A DNA stretch of 63,693 bases, the filler included. It is 4 parts of 4 records of this genome, joined end to end, with 100 filler letters (N's around TTAATTAATTAA, not from the genome) between each part and the next. Parts side by side here need not be neighbours in the genome. Positions count along the whole stretch, not along the records: positions 1 to 26,249 come from SRR22947725_7655; 3 more parts are not named here. The stretch is one strand, 5' to 3'. Made by a program: the position numbers and the translations under genes. Below the pieces are notes generated by a model that searched no databases, was not told the DNA's origin, and saw nothing but the letters and a program-made list of their open reading frames with translations. How positions within the stretch are numbered: the stretch's first letter is position 1; each line of letters begins with the position of its first letter. Shown here in pieces: positions 9,870 to 18,997 of this stretch.

Positions 9870-9953
9870 CCTGCCCCTATTTACGTCTAAGTTTTCTAGA
9901 ATCCAAAAGTAATTTTTTTACATAAAAGCTATGTATGCTATAAAAGGTTTCTT

Positions 9954-10724
9954 ATGAAGTTTCATTTTCTACTCACACTACTTCTAATGACAACTCTAAC
10001 TGCCAGTGAGACCCTCATGGCGAAGAAGGGCAAACTCATTTTCCATGATGATATGAACCTCGATCGAGGCAAGACAAAGAAAACAACAATAAACGATGAT
10101 TGGTTCTTGCGATCAAACATGGGGCTCTGGACTAAAAAAAATAATTACTGGCAAAGTAGCTGGAAACCTGGAATCGGCCATACTCCGGTTATGGCCTATG
10201 TCGGAAAGTTCAAAAATGCCATTATTGAAGTTCAATTTCGCTATAACAAGATGAACTTAGACTGGCACACTCAGTGCTTTAGAATTGCCCTTGATAACAA
10301 AGACCTCTATACAGGCCATATTTTATCCGCATGGGCCAACCCAAATAACGACTTTATAGAAACTGGCTTTTTACTCCAACACATTTCTAAAAAAGCCGAT
10401 AAAACCATTATCTCTGATCTCCTTTTCGACAAACAGCCTCTCAAACATAAAGTAGGCCAGTGGCATACGGCAATTTTAGAAGTCGTTAATGACGAAGCTA
10501 TCTTTCACATGGATGGTAATTTAGCTTACGCAAAATCTGAAAAATTAAATGTCGACAAAGCACTTATCAGCCTAACCCTGGGCAAAACTCTACACGACAT
10601 TAAAAGTGTAAAAGTCTGGTCTGCCAGTCTAAAAGAAAACTGGTCTGACAATAAAAATAAAGTCATCCATAAGCGGCAGTCATTCACTACACAAAAACAC
10701 AACTACTCAAAAACAAAAAAATAA
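9954..10724 (+). CDS. Secreted hypothetical protein (ConA/DUF1080-like beta-sandwich)
   Basis: Signal peptide, KKGKLIFHDD, GQWHTAILEVVNDE; own promoter TTTACA-N16-TATAAA at 9917-9944. Confidence 0.6.
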   Translation: MKFHFLLTLLLMTTLTASETLMAKKGKLIFHDDMNLDRGKTKKTTINDDWFLRSNMGLWTKKNNYWQSSWKPGIGHTPVMAYVGKFKNAIIEVQFRYNKMNLDWHTQCFRIALDNKDLYTGHILSAWANPNNDFIETGFLLQHISKKADKTIISDLLFDKQPLKHKVGQWHTAILEVVNDEAIFHMDGNLAYAKSEKLNVDKALISLTLGKTLHDIKSVKVWSASLKENWSDNKNKVIHKRQSFTTQKHNYSKTKK

Positions 10725-10784
10725 GCTTGAGAAATGCCTCATATACAAGCACAATATAAACTGACTTAATAACGAGGCTAAAAA

Positions 10785-11276
10785 ATGACTCCTGCAGAGG
10801 CTCGGCAATTTGCCCTAGACAAACACGGCGACCAAAAATACGGTGATAAACCTTATAGTTATCACCTCGATAAAGTGGCTGAAATTTGCCAGCATTACAG
10901 CGAACAAACTCAAGTTATTGCCTACCTCCATGATACCGTTGAAGATACCGACACGACTCTTACTGAAATTGAAGAAAAGTTTGGGTCTGTCGTCGCCGAT
11001 TGCGTCGCTCTTCTGAGTGATCAACCTAGTAAAAATAGGAAAGAACAAAAAATTCTCACTTATAAAAAAATGAAAGTTGTTAACGATCATCGTTTACCCG
11101 CTTTAATTGTCAAAGCCGCCGATCGATTAGCCAATCTACAAGCTTGTGTCGAATTCGGCAATAAAGATAAGTTCATCATGTACAAAATGGAGCATAGACT
11201 CTTTAAAAAAGCCGTCTTCAAAGGCAGCCTCTGCGATGAGATATGGATTAAAATTCAGCACCTTGTCGAGAAGTAA
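10785..11276 (+). CDS. Stand-alone RelA/SpoT-type HD hydrolase (small alarmone hydrolase, Mesh1-like)
   Basis: HGDQKY..KPYSYHL, AYLHDTVEDT, EIEEKFG, VKAADRLANL. Confidence 0.88.
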   Translation: MTPAEARQFALDKHGDQKYGDKPYSYHLDKVAEICQHYSEQTQVIAYLHDTVEDTDTTLTEIEEKFGSVVADCVALLSDQPSKNRKEQKILTYKKMKVVNDHRLPALIVKAADRLANLQACVEFGNKDKFIMYKMEHRLFKKAVFKGSLCDEIWIKIQHLVEK

Positions 11277-11444
11277 ATACCATAATTTAATTATTATGCC
11301 GGCCCATTGACTAGCACTATTTTTTGACTTAAAGGCAATCTCTACTCCGAATAAAATTAGCACATAAAGTATTGTAAACTAAACACTTCTAACCTAAATT
11401 CATTTAGACACAATAATAGCCTAAAGGAGGCATTTGCATCCAAT

Positions 11445-11678
11445 ATGGGGGTCTATATGAATAAGAAATATAAAGATGAAGATATCCGTAAAGGTTTCGA
11501 AAACCTAGCAAGACTACGCAAAGAGAATAATAAGATTCTTCAACAATTGCGTAAAATTAAATTAGAATTAGCCACCTACAAAGCTAAAGAAGTTGGCTTA
11601 GAGATGGTTAAAATGGGTTTTAACAATAGAGAAGCTCTTGCAGCAATCTCTATGCTTCATAGAATTATAAAACAATGA
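11445..11678 (+). CDS. Small basic hypothetical protein
   Basis: 77 aa ORF with upstream AGGAGG; coiled-coil-like. Confidence 0.55.
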   Translation: MGVYMNKKYKDEDIRKGFENLARLRKENNKILQQLRKIKLELATYKAKEVGLEMVKMGFNNREALAAISMLHRIIKQ

Positions 11679-11873
11679 CAGACCAAACTAAGTAGAACGA
11701 GCTATCAATTATTCTTCTAATATTGATTTGGGCTAGCTTTTTCTACGCTTTGGAACTTTAATTTAAGACAATGCTCAAATATGCCATTCTATATACTTCA
11801 AAGCCATGCTAAATTTGCTATCTCGTGCAATAATTGTGTTAATATCGTCAAACTTTATGGAGTTAATTATAAC

Positions 11874-13433
11874 ATGAAAGGGTTTATTCTCTTATTTTCT
11901 TTACTCTTCTGCAGCTTGAGCTTACAAGCCAAAGAAAAACTCAACTTTATGTTCTTCCTCGTCGATGATCTCGGCAAAATGGATATTGGTATTGAAGGCA
12001 GCAGCTTTTACGAAACTCCTCATATAGATGCCCTTGCTCAAAGTGGTATACGCTTTCAAAATGGCTACGCTGCCTGCCAAGTGTGCTCCCCATCAAGAGC
12101 TGCCATTATGTTGGGAACTTATCCAGCAAGAAATAAAATCACCGACTGGATTGGTGCCAAAACAGGAACTGACTGGAAAAGAAATGACAAAGTTCTACCA
12201 GCAGAATATATCCATGCCCTTCCCAAAGAGAAGATCACTATCGCAGAAGCCATGCGTGAAGGCGGTTACAAAACATTCTTCGCTGGTAAGTGGCATATGG
12301 GCGGTGAAAGCAACTTCCCAGAAGATCACGGCTTCGACATAAATATCGGCGGCCACCACCGCGGTTCTCCTCCAGGAGGATTCTTTTCGCCTTATACCAA
12401 TCCAAAAATGGAAAGTGGCCCTCAAGGAGAATCACTTACACTTAGATTAGCCAACGATACAGCAAATTTCATCGACAGTCAAAAAGACAAGGATCAGCCA
12501 TTCTTCGCTTACCTTTCTTTTTATGCCGTTCACGGGCCTATACAGACTACAGAAAATCTCTGGAAGAAATACCAGAAAAAAGCCATTGCCAAAGGACTTG
12601 TTGAGAAGCGCTTTATCTTCGATAGAACAAAAGCCGTTCGCCAGGTTCAAGACAACCCAGTTTACGCCGGCATGATGGAAACCCTTGACGATGCCATCGG
12701 TATAGTTATGAAGAAACTCAAAGAAACCGGCCAGGATAAAAATACTGTTGTAATCTTCACTGGTGACAACGGCGGCGTTTCGTCTGGGGATGCCTTCTCA
12801 ACTTCTTCTCTTCCATTCCGCGGCGGCAAAGGACGTCAATGGGAAGGTGGTATTCGCGAACCTTACTACATCTATGTTCCTGGCATAACTAAAGAAGGCT
12901 CCCTAACTGAAATCCCTGCAACTGGTACAGACTTCTACCCGACGATCCTTGAACTCGCTGGCCTTAAGCTAAAGCCCGAACAACACAAAGATGGTGTTAG
13001 CCTAGTTCCTATTTTCAAAGGTAAAGAAATAGCCAAACGTGATCTTTTCTGGCATTACCCCCACTACGGCAATCAAGGTGGTGAGCCCTCCAGCATTATT
13101 CGTTCTGGAAACTTTAAACTGATCCATTACTACGAAGATGGTCGCGATGAGCTCTACAATCTCAATGACGATGTCGGTGAACAAACTGACATCTTAAAGC
13201 AAAACCCCGAAGTGGCCAAACAACTACGCCAGAAACTCGATAATTGGCTTAAAGAAACAGGGGCTAGAATTCCACAAGTCGATTCACGATTCGACGCCAA
13301 TAAAAAGAAAGCCCAACTCAAATCGGCTGCCACTAAACAAATGCAAGGCCTTGAGAAAAAGCACGCCAATTACCTCAAGCCAGATTACGTCCCAAACAAA
13401 ACCTGGTGGGATAGCAAGATTCCTAAGGATTAA
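11874..13433 (+). CDS. Secreted S1 (formylglycine) sulfatase
   Basis: Signal peptide from MKGFILL; VDDLG, CSPSR (CxPxR), GKWH, GDNGG, EGGIREP. Confidence 0.95.
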   Translation: MKGFILLFSLLFCSLSLQAKEKLNFMFFLVDDLGKMDIGIEGSSFYETPHIDALAQSGIRFQNGYAACQVCSPSRAAIMLGTYPARNKITDWIGAKTGTDWKRNDKVLPAEYIHALPKEKITIAEAMREGGYKTFFAGKWHMGGESNFPEDHGFDINIGGHHRGSPPGGFFSPYTNPKMESGPQGESLTLRLANDTANFIDSQKDKDQPFFAYLSFYAVHGPIQTTENLWKKYQKKAIAKGLVEKRFIFDRTKAVRQVQDNPVYAGMMETLDDAIGIVMKKLKETGQDKNTVVIFTGDNGGVSSGDAFSTSSLPFRGGKGRQWEGGIREPYYIYVPGITKEGSLTEIPATGTDFYPTILELAGLKLKPEQHKDGVSLVPIFKGKEIAKRDLFWHYPHYGNQGGEPSSIIRSGNFKLIHYYEDGRDELYNLNDDVGEQTDILKQNPEVAKQLRQKLDNWLKETGARIPQVDSRFDANKKKAQLKSAATKQMQGLEKKHANYLKPDYVPNKTWWDSKIPKD

Positions 13434-13448
13434 GTGACATAGATTCTA

Positions 13449-13500
13449 AAGGGGTACTTTTTGTGCAAAAAAGGATCCCCTCGCCCCACCTTTCAAAAAA
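13449..13500 (-). repeat. Palindromic intergenic element after sulfatase 1
   Basis: AGGGG..TTTTTG-TG-CAAAAA..CCCCT hairpin; reverse strand TTTTTTGAAAGGTGGGGCGAGGGG resembles TTTCTTAAGGAGTGGGTGTGGG at 17584. Confidence 0.45.
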
Positions 13501-13504
13501 ATAT

Positions 13505-14157
13505 ATGAAGATTACAAAGGAAATGATTACCTTTGACGGGTATGGGCAGAGCCCACACCAATTGTCAAATTTCCTTCATGATGGCTTCGCCAAGAAACTG
13601 TTTATTCAGGACCCAATCGTAAAGAAAGGTCTGGAGCTTTCTGCGCCTTATTTACAACGAGACCCAAAACTGCTTAAACGTTCGGCCAAAAGTGATGCGG
13701 AGCCAATCAAAAAGACTCGTATTTTGCAAAAGTGGGTCTGTAACACAACTAGACCTTTCGAAAATGGGATCTAACAATCCTGGCGTTTTGAAAGTTATGC
13801 AAGAAAATGATTTAGAAATTATTAAAGCAGCTGGAAACGGGAAAGCTGCAAGTACTTCGTATTCCAATTAACTCTTTGAACATTGCCAAGCTTGATCGTG
13901 CAGAATTTGAGTTTAAATCATTTAAAGGTAATAAAACTCTTCCTGAAAGTATTCGATTCCAGTTAACTGATAAATTTGGACAAAGTCGCTGGACTTATCT
14001 CACTCTTCAACCCAATGGAAAAAACTATAGCGTGAAAGCACGTGACATCTATTGCTTTACATTTGATGACATCATTGAGAGTGCCACTTTGGTTTTTGAA
14101 AGAGAATCATGGTTCTATCACAATGCTCTCTTTCATAGCAATGATTTCACTCTTTAG
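13505..14157 (+). pseudogene. Probable degraded gene in two or three frames
   Basis: Successive protein-like fragments 13505-13774, about 13777-13870 and 13816-14157 in different frames, with no proper starts for the later ones. Confidence 0.4.
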
Positions 14158-14351
14158 TTAAAATATTTTTTTGCTTAATAGCATCGACTTTATTTCTTCA
14201 GGCTGGTGCCAATAGCTTCTATTGTATTGGTGATTATTTTGATTTTTATGCGAAACTGTGAAATCTCATGTAACAAAACCTAATGTCAGGGAAAGAGTAT
14301 CCAATACCGTGTTGGATCACAGTCAATAGTTTTTAACAAGAAGGATTAAAT

Positions 14352-15734
14352 ATGAATAAAATCACCCTATTCACCTTATTAATTTCATTATCAATTACCA
14401 ATTTAGCCGATAAAAAAACAGGACTAGCCTATCCAGTTATTCCTACTCCTAAAACTCTTACACCCCTTATGGAGCGCGAACTGCGCGGTTGTTTTGACTT
14501 CTTTTGGAACGAATGGGTGAAGGATCCAAAGAGTCCAACCTACGGACTGACAAATGGTGACTACGTCGGCATGAATAAATATTCACCGATTCCAATCGAG
14601 TCACAGGGCTTTTATCTCACTGCTATAGTGATCGGCGTTGAACGCGGCTGGATTAGCCGCCAAGCCGGATACCAACGAGCCGTCATCGCGCTAAGTACAA
14701 TCAAAAAACTCAAACAGGTCAAAGGTCACTATTACCATTTTATTGACCCGGATACTGGCCTAAGGGGCTGGAACGACAATCATGACATCGAGCTTACCAA
14801 TGCCGCAACCGGAACGATGATTATGGGTGCCCTGATCGCCAGCGAATACTTTGGCAGTGAAGTCAAAAAGCTCACAGATGAAATCTACTCTAGAATCGAT
14901 TGGCGGTGGTTTACAAATCCCGTAACCAAACATCCCTACCTTGCATGTTACCCGGAAGATAAACCGGCAAAGACACCGCCCGGAGGTATGAATAAAGAGG
15001 GCTTTTTCGGTGCATGGTCGGCCTACACTGAACACCTTTTCCTCTATGTCCTTGGAGCTGGGGCGCCCAATCCCAATTTCGCCACCGGTGCAGACTCCTA
15101 TTACGCCATGAAGACATACAAAAATCGCTACAAAGGCGAAGAATTCATCATGTGTGGTAGCGGTGCAGCCTTCACCTACCAATGGACTCATGCCTTTATC
15201 GACTTTCGCCACATGCAAGATGACAAAGGCCGCAATTGGTTCGAAAACTCTCGCCATGCCGCCATCGCCGCGCGGCAGTACGCCATTGACAACGCCAATC
15301 GCATCAAAGGACTGGGGCCTAATTCCTGGGGAATGTCCGCATGCATCAGTCCGTCTACCGGCTATAGCGGTGCTTATGGTTCACTGCCAACCTCTCCAGG
15401 CCATAAATTGCTCGAAGACGGCTCTGTCGCGCCCTATGGTTCTTCGGCCTTTGTCGTTTTTACTCCTAAAGAATCAATAGAGGCGCTCAACTATATGTAC
15501 ACCATACCGGGACTTGCAGGCAAGTATGGTCTTTACGACGCTTACAGCTTTAAGACCAAGAACAAAGGAGACCAACCATGGATCGGCAAGAGCTACCTTG
15601 GCATCGATAAAGGCCTCGTTCTGCTCATGTTCGAAAACTATTCCAGTCAACTCATATGGCACTTACTCCACCAAAGTCCCTATATTCAAAAAGGCTTAAA
15701 AGTGCTAAAATTTCAGCATGTCAAACAGCCATAG
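14352..15734 (+). CDS. GH144-like (glucoamylase-like family) secreted glycoside hydrolase
   Basis: GVERGWIS, GHYYHFID, FTYQWTHAFIDFR, WFENSR, DGSVAPY, YLGIDKG, ENYSS motifs of the beta-1,2-glucanase-like family. Confidence 0.8.
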   Translation: MNKITLFTLLISLSITNLADKKTGLAYPVIPTPKTLTPLMERELRGCFDFFWNEWVKDPKSPTYGLTNGDYVGMNKYSPIPIESQGFYLTAIVIGVERGWISRQAGYQRAVIALSTIKKLKQVKGHYYHFIDPDTGLRGWNDNHDIELTNAATGTMIMGALIASEYFGSEVKKLTDEIYSRIDWRWFTNPVTKHPYLACYPEDKPAKTPPGGMNKEGFFGAWSAYTEHLFLYVLGAGAPNPNFATGADSYYAMKTYKNRYKGEEFIMCGSGAAFTYQWTHAFIDFRHMQDDKGRNWFENSRHAAIAARQYAIDNANRIKGLGPNSWGMSACISPSTGYSGAYGSLPTSPGHKLLEDGSVAPYGSSAFVVFTPKESIEALNYMYTIPGLAGKYGLYDAYSFKTKNKGDQPWIGKSYLGIDKGLVLLMFENYSSQLIWHLLHQSPYIQKGLKVLKFQHVKQP

Positions 15735-15881
15735 CCTTCTTTTCACGGTAAGACGTACAAGTCTATTCCCAAAAAATACAAGAAAGAACCTTTCTTCAAT
15801 CTTTTATCTCCAAGTTAGTCATAATAGAATACTCCCATTGGTAGTCTCTGTACTGTTGTGAACTTAAGCGTGGAGTTATAA

Positions 15882-17378
15882 ATGAAGTTTCTAAGCTTCT
15901 TTTTTGTGTTATTTATCGGAATGTTGGCTGCTGCCGACAAACCCAATTTTGTTATTTTCTTAGTCGATGATATGGGCGTCATGGATACCTCTGTGCCATT
16001 CTTGATGGACAATTCCGGGAATCCTGTAAAACATGACTTAAATAAATTTTACAAAACTCCTGCCATGGAAGCATTGGCCGCCAACGGCACCAGATTTTCA
16101 ACTTTTTATGCCAATAGCGTTTGCTCCCCCACTCGTGCTTCCATAATGAATGGTCAATCTTCAGCTCGCCATAAAACGACTCAATTCATAAAGCCTGAAA
16201 GTAAAAATACCGGCGGCAACGGACCAGAAGCATGGAACTGGGCTGGACTCACAAAAAATGATGTAACTTTACCAAGAATTATGCAAACTGCCGGATACAA
16301 AACGATTTTTTCTGGAAAAGCTCACTTTGCACCAATCGGCAAAGAAGGAGAAAATCCTGAAGTTCTTGGGTTCGATGTCAATATTGCTGGCTGCGCCTTC
16401 GGAGCTCCTGGAAGTTATCTTGGCCTAAAAAATTTCGGCCATGGCATGAAGGGCCGTAGCGGAAACCGTGCCGTGCCAGGACTTAAACAATACCACGGCA
16501 AAGACATTCACTTGAGCGAAGCCCTGACGATTGAAGTCAACAAAGAAATCACTAAGGCAGTAAAAGAAAAGAAGCCATTCTTCACCTACATGAGCCACTA
16601 TGCCGTGCACTCCCCTTTTGAAGCCGATCCACGTTTTGTGAATAACTATGCTAATTCAAATAAAGGCACAAAAGGAGAAATCTTTGCATCAATGATCGAA
16701 GGGATGGACAAATCACTCAAAGACATAACTTCCAACCTTGAGAAACTCGGTGTTGCAGAAAATACCATCATCATCTTTCTTGGTGATAACGGCACAGATG
16801 CCCCTCTTGGCGAAACCCATGAAGTCGCCTGCTCTGCCCCTCTGCGCGGCAAAAAAGGCACCCATTATGAAGGGGGAATGCACGTACCATTTATCGCTGC
16901 CTGGGCCAAACCATCAGCAAGCTCTGAACTGCAAAAGAAGTTCCCTATCAAGCAAGGAGGAATTGTGAAAGGCGACTTCGCCAATATCACCGACATATTC
17001 CCTACTGTTCTGGAAATGGCCGAAGTTAAACACCCTGAAAATCACCTTGTCGATGGCCACAGCCTGACTTCTTACTTTGCTAAACAACAAGGGTCACGCC
17101 CACAAAACTTCCTCATGCACTTCCCTCACTCACACCGCAGTAGTTACTTCACTTCTTACCGCCAAGGCAACTTAAAACTGGTCTATCATTACCTGCCTAA
17201 AAAAGGTGGAGATAAGTATGAGCTTTTCGATCTAAAAAAAGACCCTTATGAAGAAAATAACCTCGCCGCGCAAGACAAAAGTACATTGCAGAAAATGATC
17301 GCTGCCATGAATGACGAACTGGCAAAAGCAGACGCACAGTATCCGGTTAAAGATGGCAAAGAACTAAAACCAGAGTAA
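15882..17378 (+). CDS. Secreted S1 sulfatase
   Basis: KPNFVIFLVDDMG, CSPTR, GKAH, GDNG, EGGMHVP. Confidence 0.95.
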   Translation: MKFLSFFFVLFIGMLAAADKPNFVIFLVDDMGVMDTSVPFLMDNSGNPVKHDLNKFYKTPAMEALAANGTRFSTFYANSVCSPTRASIMNGQSSARHKTTQFIKPESKNTGGNGPEAWNWAGLTKNDVTLPRIMQTAGYKTIFSGKAHFAPIGKEGENPEVLGFDVNIAGCAFGAPGSYLGLKNFGHGMKGRSGNRAVPGLKQYHGKDIHLSEALTIEVNKEITKAVKEKKPFFTYMSHYAVHSPFEADPRFVNNYANSNKGTKGEIFASMIEGMDKSLKDITSNLEKLGVAENTIIIFLGDNGTDAPLGETHEVACSAPLRGKKGTHYEGGMHVPFIAAWAKPSASSELQKKFPIKQGGIVKGDFANITDIFPTVLEMAEVKHPENHLVDGHSLTSYFAKQQGSRPQNFLMHFPHSHRSSYFTSYRQGNLKLVYHYLPKKGGDKYELFDLKKDPYEENNLAAQDKSTLQKMIAAMNDELAKADAQYPVKDGKELKPE

Positions 17379-17421
17379 CTGCCGTAGCCGATAGAGACAT
17401 GGATTTATGATTCCTGGATAT

Positions 17422-17657
17422 TTAAGGTGCTAGCACCTTGAACGGGTCAGGGTAGAGCCCAATTTAAAGTCTCCTTCCGAGGCCGCCGGACAAAGTGAGA
17501 GCTTGCTCGAGAGAGCCGCCTGAATAGAAGAGGACTTAAGAAATTCTGAGCTCGAAAAGTAGGAGATTGAAAAACTTCACAGGTTTCTTAAGGAGTGGGT
17601 GTGGGCAAAGCCCATAAGTAAGAAGCCTCCGGCGGTCGGAGTCGCCTCCGAAGGCAT
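17422..17657 (+). repeat. Large GC-rich multi-hairpin intergenic element (REP/BIME-like)
   Basis: 16-bp palindrome AAGGTGCTAGCACCTT; nested IRs CCTTC.GAGGC/GCCTC.GAAGG, CCGCCGGA/TCCGGCGG, CTTAAGAAA/TTTCTTAAG; two GGGYARAGCCC hairpins. Confidence 0.65.
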
Positions 17658-17766
17658 GGGTTTTTACTGAAGAAAGAGCAGCCTGGGCTCAGCATAAATA
17701 TAGCAGACTATTAGACCTTACGAGTATAAGGGATTACCTTTTCTCAATCACTCAAAAGGACATCTA

Positions 17767-18486
17767 ATGAAAGCTTTCAAAACCCTGCCATTTTTTCTTC
17801 TCTTATTTAGCTCATTTGCTGGTGAAAACATCCTTTTCATCGGTAACAGCTATACCGGACAAATCCGCAAAACAGTTACTGAACTTTTTAAGCAGCAAAA
17901 AGTCGATGCCAATTTAAAGTTCATTAATCCTGGTGGTAAAAACCTCAAGTTTCACTTTGAAAACAAAGAGACAAAAGAGATTATTAAAACAGGAAACTGG
18001 GATAGAATCATCCTTCAAGATCAAAGTCAGACCCCTGCTCTCCCAGGCTACAATAAAATCTTTCACCAAGCCACCGATGACTTTGATAAACTGTTTAAGT
18101 CACTCAAGAAAAAACCACAAGTGTACCTCTATATGACTTGGGGTAGACGCGATGGCGATAAAAGAAATAAAAAGCTCTTTCCTGATTACCTAAAGATGCA
18201 AAAAGCCCTTACCGAGAATTACACAAAAGCTGCCAAAAAAATCAACGCTACAATCCTACCCGTAGGCCTGGGTTTTAAAGAAATTCATACAGCAGACAAA
18301 GATCTTTTTAAAAAACTCTACAAGAACGATGGTAGCCACCCAGCTACTACTGGTGCCTACTTAGCTGCCTGTACATTTTACTCAATCCTCTTCAAAAAAG
18401 ATCCAACGACCATTACCTGGAAAGCAAATCTAGAAGATAAAACTGCAAAACTTCTACAGAAAACGGTCTTAAAGACAATCAGATAA
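17767..18486 (+). CDS. SGNH/GDSL hydrolase (DUF4886-like)
   Basis: ILFIGNSYT, WDRIILQDQS, YMTW, DGSHP catalytic motif; signal peptide. Confidence 0.88.
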   Translation: MKAFKTLPFFLLLFSSFAGENILFIGNSYTGQIRKTVTELFKQQKVDANLKFINPGGKNLKFHFENKETKEIIKTGNWDRIILQDQSQTPALPGYNKIFHQATDDFDKLFKSLKKKPQVYLYMTWGRRDGDKRNKKLFPDYLKMQKALTENYTKAAKKINATILPVGLGFKEIHTADKDLFKKLYKNDGSHPATTGAYLAACTFYSILFKKDPTTITWKANLEDKTAKLLQKTVLKTIR

Positions 18487-18487
18487 A

Positions 18488-18817
18488 ATGGCACACTCGG
18501 AGCACCTCGAAGAAATACTCAACCGCCTAACCGACGACTGGCCGGTTCTCGAAACTAAAAAGATGTTTGGCGGTATCGTCTATATGATAAACGGCAATGT
18601 CTGCCTCGGTATCTGGCAGGAAAACGTCATCGTCCGCATTGGTAAAGAAAATGAAGCCAAACTCAAAAAAGAAGACTGGTGTATCGACTTCGACATCACC
18701 GGAAAATCAATGAAAAGCTGGGCCATGATCACCCCCGATGGCTGGGAAGATAAAGAGATTCTCAAAAGAGTCACTTCCATGGCACAAGTTTTTGTGACAG
18801 CACTCCCCATAAAATAA
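18488..18817 (+). CDS. TfoX/Sxy N-terminal domain protein
   Basis: KKMFGG..YMINGN, FDITGKSMKSW motifs. Confidence 0.88.
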   Translation: MAHSEHLEEILNRLTDDWPVLETKKMFGGIVYMINGNVCLGIWQENVIVRIGKENEAKLKKEDWCIDFDITGKSMKSWAMITPDGWEDKEILKRVTSMAQVFVTALPIK

Positions 18818-18997
18818 CATCAACACAGACAAAAAAATCATTATCTAGGCATAAATTAAAACAACTAGGCAAATATAAAGAAAGATTACATCTAAGCCTT
18901 TGTCATTGGTATTAGTTCAACAACGTATAATTTGTGTGTCCATTATTAGGGACTTGTGAGTTATACTAAGTAAGACTAAATTAAAAATAGGCAAATT

